A stretch of DNA of 64,000 bases from Eledone cirrhosa (lineage: Eukaryota): positions 383,594,001 to 383,658,000 of the forward strand of contig OZ024741.1 in the NCBI GenBank assembly GCA_964016885.1, given 5' to 3'. The notes beneath the pieces are model-generated. The model was not told the DNA's origin, ran no database searches, and saw only the letters and a program-made list of their open reading frames with translations. A program made the translations under genes and the position numbers. This document shows positions 15,205 to 29,635 of the stretch, one piece after another (positions within the stretch are counted from its first letter, which is position 1; each line of letters starts with the position of its first letter).

Positions 15205-15525
15205 AGATCAAAAGATGGTTAAAAGAGTTCCATGTATTTTATTATGAATAGTGCAGTTTTAAATCAACATATGTTGATTTAAAACTGCACTATTCACAAG
15301 TGTTTTTTAACCTTCATATCATGTCTCCCTATTTTATCTGACGAAAACGCAAATGTCATCGCATGATGATATTTGTTTTTGAAATGCGCATAATAAAATA
15401 CATGGAACTCTTTTAAACATCTTTTGATCTTATATTATTTATACTCGAGTCCTACAAACTGTAGAGTGCTACTAATCCGATATCTGCATTGCTTTATTGT
15501 ACTACAATAAAACTCACCTCCTACA
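15198..15525 (+). mobile_element. Foldback PLE 3' end between (TA)n tracts: short arm 15198-15246, long arm to 15436, tail of about 88 nt
   Basis: aatataagatcaaaagatgg / catcttttgatcttatatt inverted pair; internal perfect hairpin 15245-15296; same family as 45972-46140. Confidence 0.8.
15330..15400 (+). ncRNA. Type-I hammerhead ribozyme, intact core
   Basis: tattttat CTGACGA aaacgcaaatgtcatc-gcat-gatgatatttgttttt GAAA tgcgca TA ataaaata. Confidence 0.88.
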
Positions 15526-15540
15526 TATATATATATATAT

Positions 15541-15765
15541 ATTAGTAGAACACTGGTGGGTTATACCCGTAGTAGTAGAGCACTCAGTACATGGAGCGAG
15601 TTTGGTAGCAGTAGTTCCACAACAGATAGTTCACTGCGGACAATTGTTTCACCTTATTCGGATCCTCAAGCTCGGTGTGGACAGAGCTGAGGTTCCGAAT
15701 AAGTTGAAATAATTGTTCTCACAATTGCTCTCAGTATTGTGAACTAACTGTGGTGGAACTACTTA
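15541..15765. mobile_element. Foldback of the Naiad-like family 3' end with two back-to-back degenerate hammerheads
   Basis: Arms 15610-15673 / 15684-15763; tail 15541-15609. Homologous to the termini of 34155-37111 and to 45520-45703. Confidence 0.75.
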
Positions 15766-15782
15766 TATATATATATATATAT

Positions 15783-16259
15783 ATCACAGAAAAAAGAGAA
15801 TCAGTGTTGCGACGAAAGGAATTTATTGGACATATTACCATTGTTTCTTGGGTGACCAGCTCGAGACACGATCGATATGGTGATCAAACCTGACCCTGAA
15901 ATAACTCGGTCGTCAGATGCGTCTCGATTCTACGAAGCAGATTTTTCCTATAGTCCTTTAACATCGAATTTCTTCATTTGTTGATTTAGATCCTGTAGTT
16001 GTGATTCCATGAGTTGTCAAGAATTGTACATTTCACGTGTACAATTATTGACAACTCAAGGAATGACAACAACAGGATCTAAACCACCATATCGATCGTG
16101 CCTCGAACTGGTCACCCGAGAAACAATTGTAATATGTCCAATAAATTCCTTTCGTCGCAACATTGATTCTCTTTTTTCTGTGATATCATACTCTGCTCTA
16201 CGAGGGCATTGAGTGCTCATACAGCCTACCGCATACGGACGCTTTAAGCATCCAACACC

Positions 16260-16262
<3 letters not shown>
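15783..16262. mobile_element. Foldback PLE 3' end: outer arms 15783-15882 / 16085-16186, inner inverted repeat 15985-16083, tail 16187-16262
   Basis: atcacagaaaaaagagaatc / gattctcttttttctgtgat; (TA)n on both sides. Confidence 0.8.
15829..15923 (-). ncRNA. Hammerhead ribozyme with extended stem II
   Basis: Minus strand: gacgcat CTGACGA [about 60 nt] GAAA caatgg TA atatgtc. The other arm preserves GAAA caattg TA. Confidence 0.65.
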
Positions 16263-16303
<41 letters not shown>

Positions 16304-16450
16304 GTAGGACGTGTAGGACTCCGACGGCTGAGCTCAAGCCGTTTCGACGGCTAATATATAACAATTTTACTTTTAATTATTGTACAATTCTTGTATAATA
16401 TATGTCGCATTCATTACACCCTGTAAATATTAAACTGTTGTTCACAACAT

Positions 16451-16550
<100 letters not shown>

Positions 16551-16769
16551 CATATATATATATATATATATATATTAACACACACATATATATATATATG
16601 TTACCGACATATAACACACAGAATAACACACCACTATATCAAACTGAATAAAGAATTTATATATATATATATATATAAATTGATTATTCAGTTTGATTTA
16701 GTGGTGTGTTATTCGGGAGTGCTACAAGTTCCAACACTGCTTAAGACTGACTTGAACTATCTGCAGAAC

Positions 16770-16833
<64 letters not shown>

Positions 16834-16945
16834 GTATGTCGGTAACGGCAGAAAGAATGGAGTACTAAATACCGAAGTAGTGTTTTAATATTCATTTATA
16901 TTAAGGCTTAAATGTGAGTCTTGTTATTCAGGAGATTCGCCTGTG

Positions 16946-17034
<89 letters not shown>

Positions 17035-17902
17035 TGTGTGTACGTGTGTGTACGTGTGTGTACGTGTGTGTACGTCTGTGGCTGCTGTAAGAGTATAGTT
17101 ATGTATGTTCTATGACGTTCTGACAAAAGGGTGGAAGAAATTGGCTTTTCCTTAGCGAGATTTACAAAACGAAAGATTTCAAGTAAAAGTGAAACATTCA
17201 ATCATTATATTTTCGTTTATTTGGGGAATCAGTCAGAATATAGGTGAGCACTCTAATGGTATTACAGATTAGACGAAAAATACCATTTAATAAAAAAAAA
17301 AAGGAAACAAAGAGAGAAAAGTAAACGCCATCTTATATTATAAATTTTTTTTAGTCGATGAGGGCTGTGTTATTTTTAGCTGATATATACGCATGTGAGG
17401 ACATTATGAGATTAATTCAGCGAGTTAATTCAATATATTGCTTTGAAATGTCAAGACCGCAAGCCTTTCATGAATAAAATGCAGCAAAAATTAATTTGAT
17501 AGTATGTGCATAAGTTAGTTCCTTATCGAAGAATCGCCGAAACATTTTGCATTGTTATTATAAAATAAACAGTAAGGGTTGATAGTTTTGTGACCAATCT
17601 ACTATGAAATTACTTAAATAACGTTCGTGAAATCTCTTTCTGAATTGATTCGTAGACATACATATTAAAGCAATGTTGTTTTGCTTAATGTGCGATGCGA
17701 TAGTAATAGCATAAAAATATTTGTGTGTATAAAGAAGGAGGGACTGTAGTGTTGAGACCGAGGAGACCACTAATCATGTAGAGTGTGTAAATAAATGTTA
17801 CCGCGGCGGCCAACCACTTTATGTCGCGGTCAGGATTTTACACATCGCTTTTTCTCTCTCTCTCTCTCGCCCCCCCCCCCCCTCTCTCTCACTCTCTCTC
17901 TC

Positions 17903-17973
<71 letters not shown>

Positions 17974-18064
17974 TTTAAGAGTAAACCAATCTTAAATAGA
18001 GAGATGGATATAGGAGAGAGTAGTGAAACAATTATAAACCGACATTATTATTATTATTATTCCT

Positions 18065-18260
18065 GTGGATTGGCTGTATCGGTAGAGAGTCGGACACCAT
18101 GATTTAGAGCATAGCGTTACGTTCCTTTATGATCTGAGTTCAAATCCCGCCGAGGTTAACTTTGACTTTCATGCTTACCGAGTCGATAAAATAAAGTACC
18201 AGTAATGTACTGGGTAATTTGCTGGCCTTGTGCCAAAAATAGAAACAATTATTATTATTA
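18065..18260 (+). mobile_element. SINE family A
   Basis: Homologous to 13521-13709; flanked by (TTA)n. Confidence 0.85.
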
Positions 18261-18426
18261 TTCCTTACATTAAACACGCTATATTCTTTACATAAAACTG
18301 CAACTAATGTTGACACTCTTTAACTAACGTCTTCCATGTGAATTTTGTGATCTTGATTTGCTTAAATAATTTACATATATATATATATATAAATATATTT
18401 ATATTTGAGACTAGTAAAATGAGGTA

Positions 18427-18514
18427 TCCTCTTGATAAGTCGGCAGACCTCGCAAGGACTCTATATCTTTGATATATTGTTTTTGTTTATGCCACGAAAC
18501 TACGTAGTCGAGGA
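18427..18514 (+). ncRNA. Hammerhead, U3:A8 variant core
   Basis: tcctc TTGATAA gtcggcagac...gtttatgccac GAAA ctacgtag TC gagga. Confidence 0.75.
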
Positions 18515-19017
18515 ATTTAGGAACAGTTTAGGTATGATACATTTTATTACTAATTATATCTAAATGTTTCTTCTCTCTTCATAATGTATTTTTAACTCTG
18601 ATACTGGTTCAGTCTGGTTCAAACTGAATTGGTCTGTCCCAGTCATTCATTGAGCAACATCGGTGAAGTTGGCACCCTTAACTCACAGTTGGGTGCGGAT
18701 GCATTCATGTATATATGTGTGTGTCCGCATGTATCTGTGTGTTTCTAAATATATTAATAACTCCCTCTGGTCGAGCAATCTTTGAAGTGTGGGGACAACT
18801 GGAAAGCTTCCATTACTCATACTTCTCGCCTTCTTCACTACCTCTTCTACGGCCTCGATATGAATACCCCCTCCGCCTCCGTGGTATTTTCTTCGTGGTT
18901 ATAAGAGGCTTAGCTCTGTTTCTAGACCGTTATATCGCGTGACTGTCTCCCCCTCCGCCTTTTGGGATTCTTTCTCACGTCGTGTAGACCCGTTCTTGAG
19001 ACTAGTAAAATGAGGTA

Positions 19018-19105
19018 TCCTCTTGATAAGTCGGCAGACCTCGCAAGGACTCTATATCTTTGATATATTGTTTTTGTTTATGCCACGAAACTACGTAGTC
19101 GAGGA
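19018..19105 (+). ncRNA. Hammerhead, U3:A8 variant core (second copy)
   Basis: Identical to 18427-18514. Confidence 0.75.
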
Positions 19106-19339
19106 ATTTAGGAACAGTTTAGGTATGATACATTTTATTACTAATTATATCTAAATGTTTCTTCTCTCTTCATAATGTATTTTTAACTCTGATACTGGTT
19201 CAGTCTGGTTCAAACTGAATTGGTCTGTCCCAGTCATTCATTGAGCAACATCGGTGAAGTTGGCACCCTTAACTCACAGTTGGGTGCGGATGCATTCATG
19301 TATATATGTGTGTGTCCGCATGTATCTGTGTGTTTCTAA

Positions 19340-19423
<84 letters not shown>

Positions 19424-19429
<6 letters not shown>

Positions 19430-20074
19430 GTTGAAAAGGTAACACACCAGAGAGAGATATACAGTGCGCTATCAATAAAACAAGGAAAAAACCACCAGTT
19501 TATGGAATCTATAACCTATGAAAGGCAGACTATAGACACGATAATTAAAAATATAAATTAAAGCGTAAATAAATACCTCTATAACTATATAACACACGTA
19601 CAAATCCAAAGAGATGTTTCGCCAGTAATTTGTTGACAGAAATTGTTCACTGCCCTTAAACACGTTGTGACTTCTCTCTGCCATGTGTAGCTGGAGAGTC
19701 ACTTTTAAAATTCTCTTAGTGATGTCTGAAATGTATAGCCTTACACACGCTGATGAACCGAGGTTATTCCATTTCTGTCAACAAATTACTGGCGAAACAT
19801 CTCTTTGGATTTGTACGTGTGTTATATAGTTATAGAGGTATTTATTTACGCTTTACTTTATATTTTTAATTATCGTGTCTATAGTCTGCTTTTCATAGGT
19901 TATAGATTCCATACACTGGTGGATTTTTTTCCTGTTTTATTGATAGCGCACTGTATATCTCTCTCTGGTGTGTTACCTTTTCAACATATTGTATTTTAAA
20001 GAGCTCAGGATTTCTTCTCCTTTGGGCACATTATTTACAGGGAATGGCGAGGGCCTATGGCTCCGTTAATTTAT

Positions 20075-20078
<4 letters not shown>
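19424..20078 (+). mobile_element. Foldback PLE 3' end: arms 19424-19653 / 19771-19990, tail 19991-20078
   Basis: Near-perfect inverted arms of about 220 bp between (TA)n tracts. Confidence 0.85.
19743..19822 (+). ncRNA. Type-I hammerhead ribozyme, intact core
   Basis: acacacg CTGATGA accgaggttatt...aattactggc GAAA catctctttggatttg TA cgtgtgt. Confidence 0.75.
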
Positions 20079-20117
<39 letters not shown>

Positions 20118-20139
20118 TATACAAATATTTATCAGAGAA

Positions 20140-21157
20140 TTGGAAATGCAACTTGGATCATTCTTTGGTCCCACACACTCGACCAACTGAAGGATTTCAA
20201 AAATTTAATAAACGGCATCAATAACCACATCCAATTCACAATGGAATACAGCCAAGATCAACTCCCATTTCTGGACATCTTAATCTTAAAAAAAGACACA
20301 CATATTGAAACTGACATACACTACAAACCAACAGACTCCAAACAATACCTGCTATTCACCTCCAACCATCCAAAGCAAACGAAGACGAACATTCCTTTTA
20401 ACCTAGCAAGAAGAATTTGCACAATTGTCTCCAATTATGAAACGCGAAATAAAAGTCTTCAAGAATTAAAGGAAATTCTACTTGAAAGAGAGTACCCACC
20501 ATTACTAATAAATAAAGGAATAGAAAAGGGCAAAGCAATAGGCATTGATGAATTACGAAAACAGAAACAAATTCAAGGTACGTCCAATATTCTATCATAT
20601 ATCTCAACACACAACCCAAGAAACGCGGAAGGTTACAACACTATTCACAAGAACATCCCACTACTAAAACAAAACCCAAGAATGAAAAAAGCCCTCGAAA
20701 CACACAAAATAATCAAAAGCAAAAGTCAACCGAAATCACTGAAAATATACTCACCAATGCCAAATTACCTACCACAAACCCACAACCAACTGTCAAAAAA
20801 ATGTGGTCGCTCTAATTGTGGAACCTGCACTCACCTCATTGAAGGCAACACGTATACATTTAAATCAGGACAAAATTTTGCTGTAAAAAATCACTTAACT
20901 TGCTCATCAAAAAATCTGTTTTATGCCATTAAATGTAAAGGATGCAATGAAGATTATATAGGACAAACTAAACTCACACTCAGAAACAGAATGACAGTTC
21001 ATCGCCAACAATTACGAGATCCAACCACGAGACAGATACCACTAAGCGCACATCTAGACATATGCGCAAGTAATAAGGCACCCAAATTTCAAGTCTTCCC
21101 ATTTTACCTTTGCGCTGACAATACAACAGAACAAATACGAATAAATAAGGAAAATAT
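20140..21157 (+). mobile_element. Neptune-like PLE, 3' part of ORF (RT thumb, Cys linker, GIY-YIG endonuclease)
   Basis: IQFTMEYSQDQLPFLDILI, KCGRSNCGTC, CSSKNLFYAIKCKGCNEDYIGQT..LRNRMTVH...LSAHL. Confidence 0.93.
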
Positions 21158-21470
21158 ATAAGTATGTACACGTACATACATATATGTATACAGACGTACA
21201 GTAGTATGTATATATATATATATGTGCATGTATGTATATATATATATACATATTACTGTACGTATGTATACATATATGTATGTACGTGTACATACTTATA
21301 TTTAAGTAACAGCCGTACTAAGAGTGAGAAATGAAATTTCGTTTCATTTTTCCGTTTATCGTTTTCGGTGCACCCGGCCGATTAACCCACTCAATATGGA
21401 AATTGGGCTACTCAGCCGTTAATATGTATAAGGTAAGTATATACGTTCAACAATCTGGCAGGAAGACATA

Positions 21471-21511
21471 CGTTGCTGACGATAGCTAATAAGCTTGAAA
21501 CTAGTACAGCG
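21471..21511 (+). ncRNA. Minimal hammerhead with palindromic CTAG tetraloop
   Basis: cgttg CTGACGA tagc-taataa-gctt GAAA ctag TA cagcg. Confidence 0.88.
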
Positions 21512-21890
21512 TTCCCTTGTCAGTGTTGAACAAACGAGCAACGATGGTTGCTGGACACTACGGCTTAATACGGGATGTTTGTTTACAAACACACCGAGCA
21601 TTATAATAAATTTCGGTGAATCCATACGTGCATATATATATATGTGTGCATGTATGTATATATATATACATACTACTGTATGTCTGTATACATATATGAA
21701 TGTACGTGTACATACTTATATTTAAGTAACAGCCGTACTAAGAATGGGAAATGAAATTTCGTTTCATTTTTTCCGTTTATCGTTTCGGTGCACCCGGCCG
21801 ATTAACCCACTAGATATGCAAATTGGGCTACTCAGTCGTTAATATGCATAAGGTAAGTATATACGTCCAACAATCTGGCAGGAAGGTATA

Positions 21891-21931
21891 CGTTGCTGAC
21901 GATAGCTAATAAGCTTTAAACTAGTACAGCG
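21891..21931 (+). ncRNA. Second-unit hammerhead, GAAA mutated to TAAA (likely inactive)
   Basis: cgttg CTGACGA tagctaataagctt TAAA ctag TA cagcg. Confidence 0.7.
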
Positions 21932-22090
21932 TTCCTTTGTCAGTGTTAAACAAACGAGCAACGCTGGTTGCTGGACACTACGGCTTAATACGGGATGTTT
22001 GTTTACAAACACCCCGAGCATTATAATGAATTTTCGGTGAATCCATACGTGCATATATATATATGTGTGCATGTATGTATATATGTATAC

Positions 22091-22225
22091 CATGAAACAA
22101 TTCAAGGCGAAATTGGACCGGTGTTGGACCACTGTGTTTCCGACTGTGTAAATGTTGCCCCCATCCCCTCTTTACATGGCATCTGAAGCATCGATGTTTT
22201 ATTTTCTGCCAAATATATTGAATTG

Positions 22226-22232
<7 letters not shown>
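22091..22232 (+). mobile_element. 3' terminus of a CR1/L2-type LINE
   Basis: Frame KQFKAKLDRCWTTVFPTV*, a short UTR, then a (TTGAA)3 tail. Confidence 0.6.
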
Positions 22233-22305
<73 letters not shown>

Positions 22306-22307
<2 letters not shown>

Positions 22308-22560
22308 TATCACCGTATTTTGACTAAAGAAATTAAAGAAATTCTTTAGCCTGATAGTGGGGTTAAGAACCCTCGGAGAAATGGAAAAAGATGAGTATTG
22401 ACGTACATGGGAGTCAATACTCATCTTTTTCCATTTCTCCGAGGATTCTTAACCCCACTATCAGGCTAAATAATTTCTTTAATTTCTTTAGTCAAAATAA
22501 GGCGATAGCTTACATTTCTAATAATTTCAAACCCACTCGCTGTTTCGAAAATATTCTTAC

Positions 22561-22563
<3 letters not shown>
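22306..22563 (+). mobile_element. Foldback element: arms 22306-22402 / 22413-22509 plus a tail of about 55 nt
   Basis: Near-perfect hairpin between (TA)n tracts; same family as 33802-34034. Confidence 0.85.
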
Positions 22564-22649
<86 letters not shown>

Positions 22650-22921
22650 ATATGGGCTGTTAAACTGCATATATATATATATGTATGTATATGGGCTGTT
22701 AAACTGCACATTTCTGTGGCGAAACGAACTAGATTCGTATCAGCAAGCTTATAGTTATAAGGTTGGTAATTTAAAACTCTACTTCAGACATTTGATTCTG
22801 ACTTAGTTTTTTTCTATTTAATTGCTAACCTGTAGATATTGTTCTGTATACAGTAACGGTTAAACTCACTTGTAATAATTCTTTACACACATCTCACTGT
22901 GTAACATATTTACTTTGTGTA

Positions 22922-22995
<74 letters not shown>

Positions 22996-22998
<3 letters not shown>

Positions 22999-24199
22999 TA
23001 CCCACCATTACTAATAAATAATAGAATAGAAAGGGCTAAAGCAATAGGCATTGATGAATTACGAAAACAGAAACAAATTCAAGGTACGTCCAAATATTCT
23101 ATCATATATCTCAACAAACAACCCAAGAAATACGGAAGCTTATAACACTGTTCACAAGACATCCCACTACTGAAACAAGACCCAAGAATGAAAAAAGCCC
23201 TTGAAACACAAAATAATCAAAAGCAAAAGACAACCGAAATCACTGAAAACATTACTCACTAATGCCAAATTACCTACCACAAACCCACAACCAACTGTGA
23301 AAAAAATGTGGTTGCTCTAATTGTGGAACCTGCATTCACCTCATTGAAGGCAACACGTATACATTTAAATCAGGACAAAATTTTGCTGTAAAAAATCACT
23401 TCACTTGCTCATCAAAAAATCTAGTTTATGCCATTAAAATGTAAAGGATGCATGAAGATTATATAGGACAAACTAAACTCACATTCAGAAATAGAATGAC
23501 AGTTCATCGCCAACAATTACGAGATCCAACCACGAGACAAATACCACTAAGCACACATCTAGACATATGCGCAAGTAATAAGACACCCAAATTCCAAGTC
23601 TTCCCATTTTACTTTTGCGCTAACAATACAACAGAACAAATACGAATAAATAAGGAAAATATGTTTATTCAAAAATATAGACCAGCATTAAATATGGTTT
23701 AATATACATTATGTCAATACCATAACATGCTAACCATCCAAACAGACACATACACACACACATAACACCTGCTACTTTAGAAAATAAAAACCCGAACTAA
23801 ATAAACCTTAACATACGTTTGCGCTGACAATACAACAGAACAAATACGAATAAGTAGGGAAAATATGTTCATTCAAAAATATTCCTACCAAAAGAATCAT
23901 TTTCCTACACACACACACACACACACAATATATATATATATTCTCTTCATCTTAACATGGTAACCATACTCCCACACACATAACACCCATACACACACAT
24001 AACAACCCCCACCCCCTCACACACAACTCCCTCCCCCATTTCTACTAATAGAATCACTTTCCTACACACATATATACACACACAAAATATATATATTCTC
24101 TCCATCTTAACATACTCCCACACACACACACACACATAACACCCATATACACACACACACAACTCCCTCCCCTATTTATACTAATAGAATCATCTTTCA

Positions 24200-24238
<39 letters not shown>

Positions 24239-24924
24239 AGCACACAAATAAACATATACATCTTTACTTTCTTTACTTCAATAGAAAATCTGAATTCTGA
24301 CACCCCAGCGAACTAACTATATTCACTGAACCAGAACAATTCTCTCATCCAATTTCTCTTAACCATTATCTTTTACTGTCATAAAATTCTCTAAAAAGGC
24401 TACAGAATAGATTTCCAAATAAGGGCGCGAAAATTTAATGAAAACTTGTTCACGTGACAGCAATAATGTCATTTATAACCAATCAAATTACGTTTATTAA
24501 AAAAGCCTTCGTTAGCCCCATTTTTTTAAGTAAAGATAAATTCAAACACTCATATATGAAAAAACAACCTCCCACCCCCCTTGTTTGAAGAAATTTGTAA
24601 CGCGAACTGGCGCAAAATTTATTATAATTATTGACTAACCAATCAAATTACTTCTCTAAAAACCTGGCATTTCGAGCCACTTTTTTCCATATAAAACAAA
24701 TAACATTCAGAGACCAACCAGATGTGAGGAAAACCACAGACCCTCCATCACAACTCTACTTTTGAAAAGCAGAAGAACTGCGAAACCGGTAAAGGAACCA
24801 AATAAATATATATATATTTTTAAAAATAAGACTCCAGTTTCATTTTCGATTTCATCTTTTTTTCTGTATACTTTCACTCGTGTAGGACACCTCGGTTATT
24901 TTACATTTTGTAAAAAAACCTCAC

Positions 24925-24931
<7 letters not shown>
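22996..24931 (+). mobile_element. Neptune-like PLE: frameshifted ORF end (22996-23702) plus 3' UTR
   Basis: Close copy of 20492-21157; ends KYRPALNMV*; starts and ends in (TA)n. Confidence 0.9.
24759..24794 (+). ncRNA. Minimal hammerhead, U3:A8 variant, in the Neptune-like 3' UTR
   Basis: ctt TTGAAAA gcag-aagaa-ctgc GAAA ccgg TA aag. Confidence 0.75.
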
Positions 24932-26061
<1,130 letters not shown>

Positions 26062-26146
26062 TTATATTTATATATATATACGTATATATATATATATATA
26101 GAGAGAGAGAGATTACAATAATCAAAGTTCAGTTTAAGTCATTTAT

Positions 26147-26195
26147 TTGCTTACAATTGTTTCCTCCAAACCGAGGTTTGGATTCTTCGGAGCAA
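26147..26195 (-). ncRNA. Hammerhead with CCGAAGA (U4C) core in the inverted arm
   Basis: Reverse complement of 29636-29684. Confidence 0.7.
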
Positions 26196-29100
26196 CTATT
26201 TACTGATCTATAACATACTTGACCTCCTTTTCAACCCAAGAGACACATAAAACATATGCGCATATTGATCAACAGTGGGGTGACATTCATCAAATGATAT
26301 AGCATGGCAATTTACATGTAGAGCTTACAGGATAAAAATAAAAATAAAAATAAAAATAAAAAGCAAGAATAAAAATAAAAGCAAGAATGAAAATAAAGAT
26401 AAACATGAAGCGTTGGCAGTCTATGAAGATAAAGCAAGAGGAAAGCTTAGAGTAGTCAGTGTATGAAACAATCTCACGTGTAGCATGCACGCGTGTCTTA
26501 TTTATACATGATTAGAGTGCGTCAGAATGATATTTGCAGGGTCAGGCAGTTGAAGCAGGCAATCGATCTTATTATGTGGGCTGAATTATTAAGTCATTTA
26601 TTCTCATACATCTGTATGATATACAGTCTCGGATGCAGGGAAACACCAAAATATCACAAAAACACATAGCTACAGCACCATTTCACACAACATGTCCATG
26701 GGAAAATTTAACAATAGGAATAGCAACTGCACACACACTAATAGGGATTGTAACAACAAAAGTAACCCGCACCACAGAAATGACCATAGGAACATTAAAG
26801 GAAACAAATCACCGGACATAAAAAACAGAAATAGAAGAAGAAATAATACATTTTTCAACCCTCCTTTCAATTTAAACGTCTTTACCAACCTACCTAGGGA
26901 TTTCATCTCACTACTAGATAAACACTTCCCATCCGGCCACAGGTACCACGGCCTTTTAAACAAAAACACTATTAAGATCTCATACTCTACTACGCCTACC
27001 TTAGCATACCACATAGCTAGTACAAATAAAAGAAAAATTAATTCTTACTTCCAATAAACTAAATCACAACAGTCGATAAACCTTCAAAATAACATTCAAA
27101 ATAACAGTCAAAGTAACATTATAGCAAAGAACCGTAATATCACTGGAAATGATAGTAATAGCACTAGTGTAAACATTAACGCTGCGTACCACAACCCACA
27201 TAACCATAACCCTATAGCTAACATCCAGACTTCTACACAGCATAGTAACCGGCAGACCAGCACCCAGAGTAATTGTAACTGTAGATCAAGTTGAACCTGC
27301 CCTTTAGATAAAAAATGCTTAACCAAGGATATCATATACTCATGTACAGTCACAACTAACAACTCCTCTGAAATCTATATAGGCTCTACTTCTAACTCCT
27401 TCAAAACTAGATACAATTCGCACCTCCACTCTTTCAAAAAACACAGTCTAGCCAACTCCACTTCACTATCTAGCTACATACACTATCTAAAAACTAAAAA
27501 TAAAATATATACACTTAAATGGGAAGTGGTAGGTAGTGCAACATCGTACAAACCACCTAATAAATTTTGTAACCTCTGTCTACTAGAGACCCATACTATC
27601 ATCTTCTCTAAACATAATCTCCTTAATAAAAAATCAGAAGTGTTCGCAACTTGCCAACACCGCTTCCGACACTCGTTCCAAAACTTTAAACCCTATATAT
27701 AATAATGTCAGACTGGAACCGGCACCACCCCTAGCAATTAACATCAGTAGCTCACCTTACACCTCACATCCACACCCATTTGTATACTCTAAAGATAATA
27801 CTGACAGCATTTTAGTACCACCTACCCTGGGAATACCCCCTTGTACCTCTAATTCTGATATCTCGACCGTGGACTACTTAATCTGCATTGCACAAATATA
27901 AGATTAGTATAAACCGGAGACACGGTACTGGTTGCGATAACATAGTCCTGTGCATGAATTCCCACCAAGAGATAGATTGATGATTAGATGTATAATCGTA
28001 TTGTTATGTGAATATATACTGAAAACGATCAGTTCAATGAATTATGCACAGGAGATGCATGAGTTAGGAGCCTCTGTGTTGCCTGGTGACCTGAACGGCA
28101 CCTTTTGACGAGAGAACCGGCCACCGGGCCACCCTGGTGAACTTATTGGGGATGCAGTCATGCTACGACCTGAATCTCGCCGGGAGTCATGTATGATAAT
28201 AAGACCATTACTGATAGTGAGACCCATGTGATTATTTATGTAGTCTGACTCTTCTCATGGATTGGCCGGGTGTGGCACCCCATGTTGATTGCGGTCATCA
28301 TGATACGAACTCCTTTAGTACTTGTTACTGGACTCCACTCTAGCTTGTAGATGGGATACCTGATCTATATGTGGGATGTGAGTTTATGTATTACTTGGTG
28401 GCCAGACAGGTGCCCAGGTATGAGAGATTTAATCTCCAGATTGTAATCATCTTGATGTGAACTCCTTTAGTACCTATTAATAGACTCCACTCTAACTTGT
28501 AGATGTGATACTTAATTGATTATATATGAGATGGGGGTTGTCTATTGCTTGATGACCAGACTAGTGCCTTTATATGTGAAATTGGATCTCCGGACCATGC
28601 CGAAGATTTACCGGAGATCCAGACATGCAATGACCCGAAGCCTACCGGGGGGCATATATAATAGTGGGACCATACCAGGTCCTACTGTTATATTACATTT
28701 GCATGGAACAGTGACTTGAGAGTCTGACTCCTCTTATAGAATGTTCAGATATGACACCCCTTAATGTATGGTAATCATCCTAATATATACACCCTTGTAC
28801 TTCTTAATGGACAACTCTCTAACCTATACTTGGGAAACATACTCTAGAAATTAGTTATAACTTCATATGATAGGCACGTATTTGAATCACCATTAATGTA
28901 GTTTAGGATAGTAATTTAACTAAGATAACTAGCTAGTTACCTCCCCTTACGCATTAATTCCCCTTAGTCATTCAGACACTTCCGGAATCTGGACAGCATG
29001 ATCTATTAATTAAGAACCGACTGGATACGGTTTATAACTTGATTATATGCTGAACCATCGTGAATCATACGATAGACACGTGTTCTATATATTGCGTCTC

Positions 29101-29635
29101 ATGGATTATGTGAGTGGTGGTGTGAGCGAAGACAGTGGTACGGCTTTGCCTACGATACAATAAGGTTTATAGTATGTTGAAAGTTTGTGATATTTTGGTG
29201 TTTCCCTGCATCCGAGACTGTATATCATACAGATGTATGAGAATAAATGACTTAATAATTCAGCCCACATTATAAGATCGATTGCCTGCTTCAACTGCCT
29301 GACCCTGCAAATATCATTCTGACGCACTCTAATCATGTATAAATAAGACACGCGTGCATGCTACACGTGAGATTGTTTCATACACTGACTACTCTAAGCT
29401 TTCCTCTTGCTTTATCTTCATAGACTGCCAACGCTTCATGTTTATCTTTATTTTCATTCTTGCTTTTATTTTTATTTTTATTTTTATTTTTATTTTTATC
29501 CTGTAACCTTTACATGTAAATTGCCATGCTATATCATTTCATGAATGTCACCCCACTGTTGATCAATATGCGCATATGTTTTATGTGTCTCTTGGGTTGA
29601 AAAGGAGGTCAAGTATGTTATAGATCAGTAAATAG

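Larger units (their letters stand above)
18405..19346 (+). repeat. Partial tandem repeat (period 591; two apparently identical copies of about 350 bp), each copy with a hammerhead
   Basis: 18405-18755 matches 18996-19346; flanked by (TA)n. Confidence 0.9.
21210..22090 (+). repeat. Tandem array of a 420-bp hammerhead-containing unit (two copies plus a partial one)
   Basis: tttaagtaacagccgtactaag at 21301 and 21721; a short inverted piece at 21158-21210 precedes the array. Confidence 0.9.

Noticed and set aside
22306-22563. Foldbacks as MITEs or pre-miRNAs
   Set aside because: The arms are asymmetric with tails, and several such foldbacks carry hammerheads or match the UTRs of PLE ORFs in this window.
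27292-27294. In-frame TGA in the Naiad-like Cys linker (CNCRSS*TCPL) as possible selenocysteine, since some Naiads are reported to encode selenoproteins
   Set aside because: The TGA is at a non-Cys position (paralogs read CNCKNRVDCPL and CSCRKPEAC), the same frame also has a TAA at about 27055, and no SECIS was recognised. A decay mutation is more likely.
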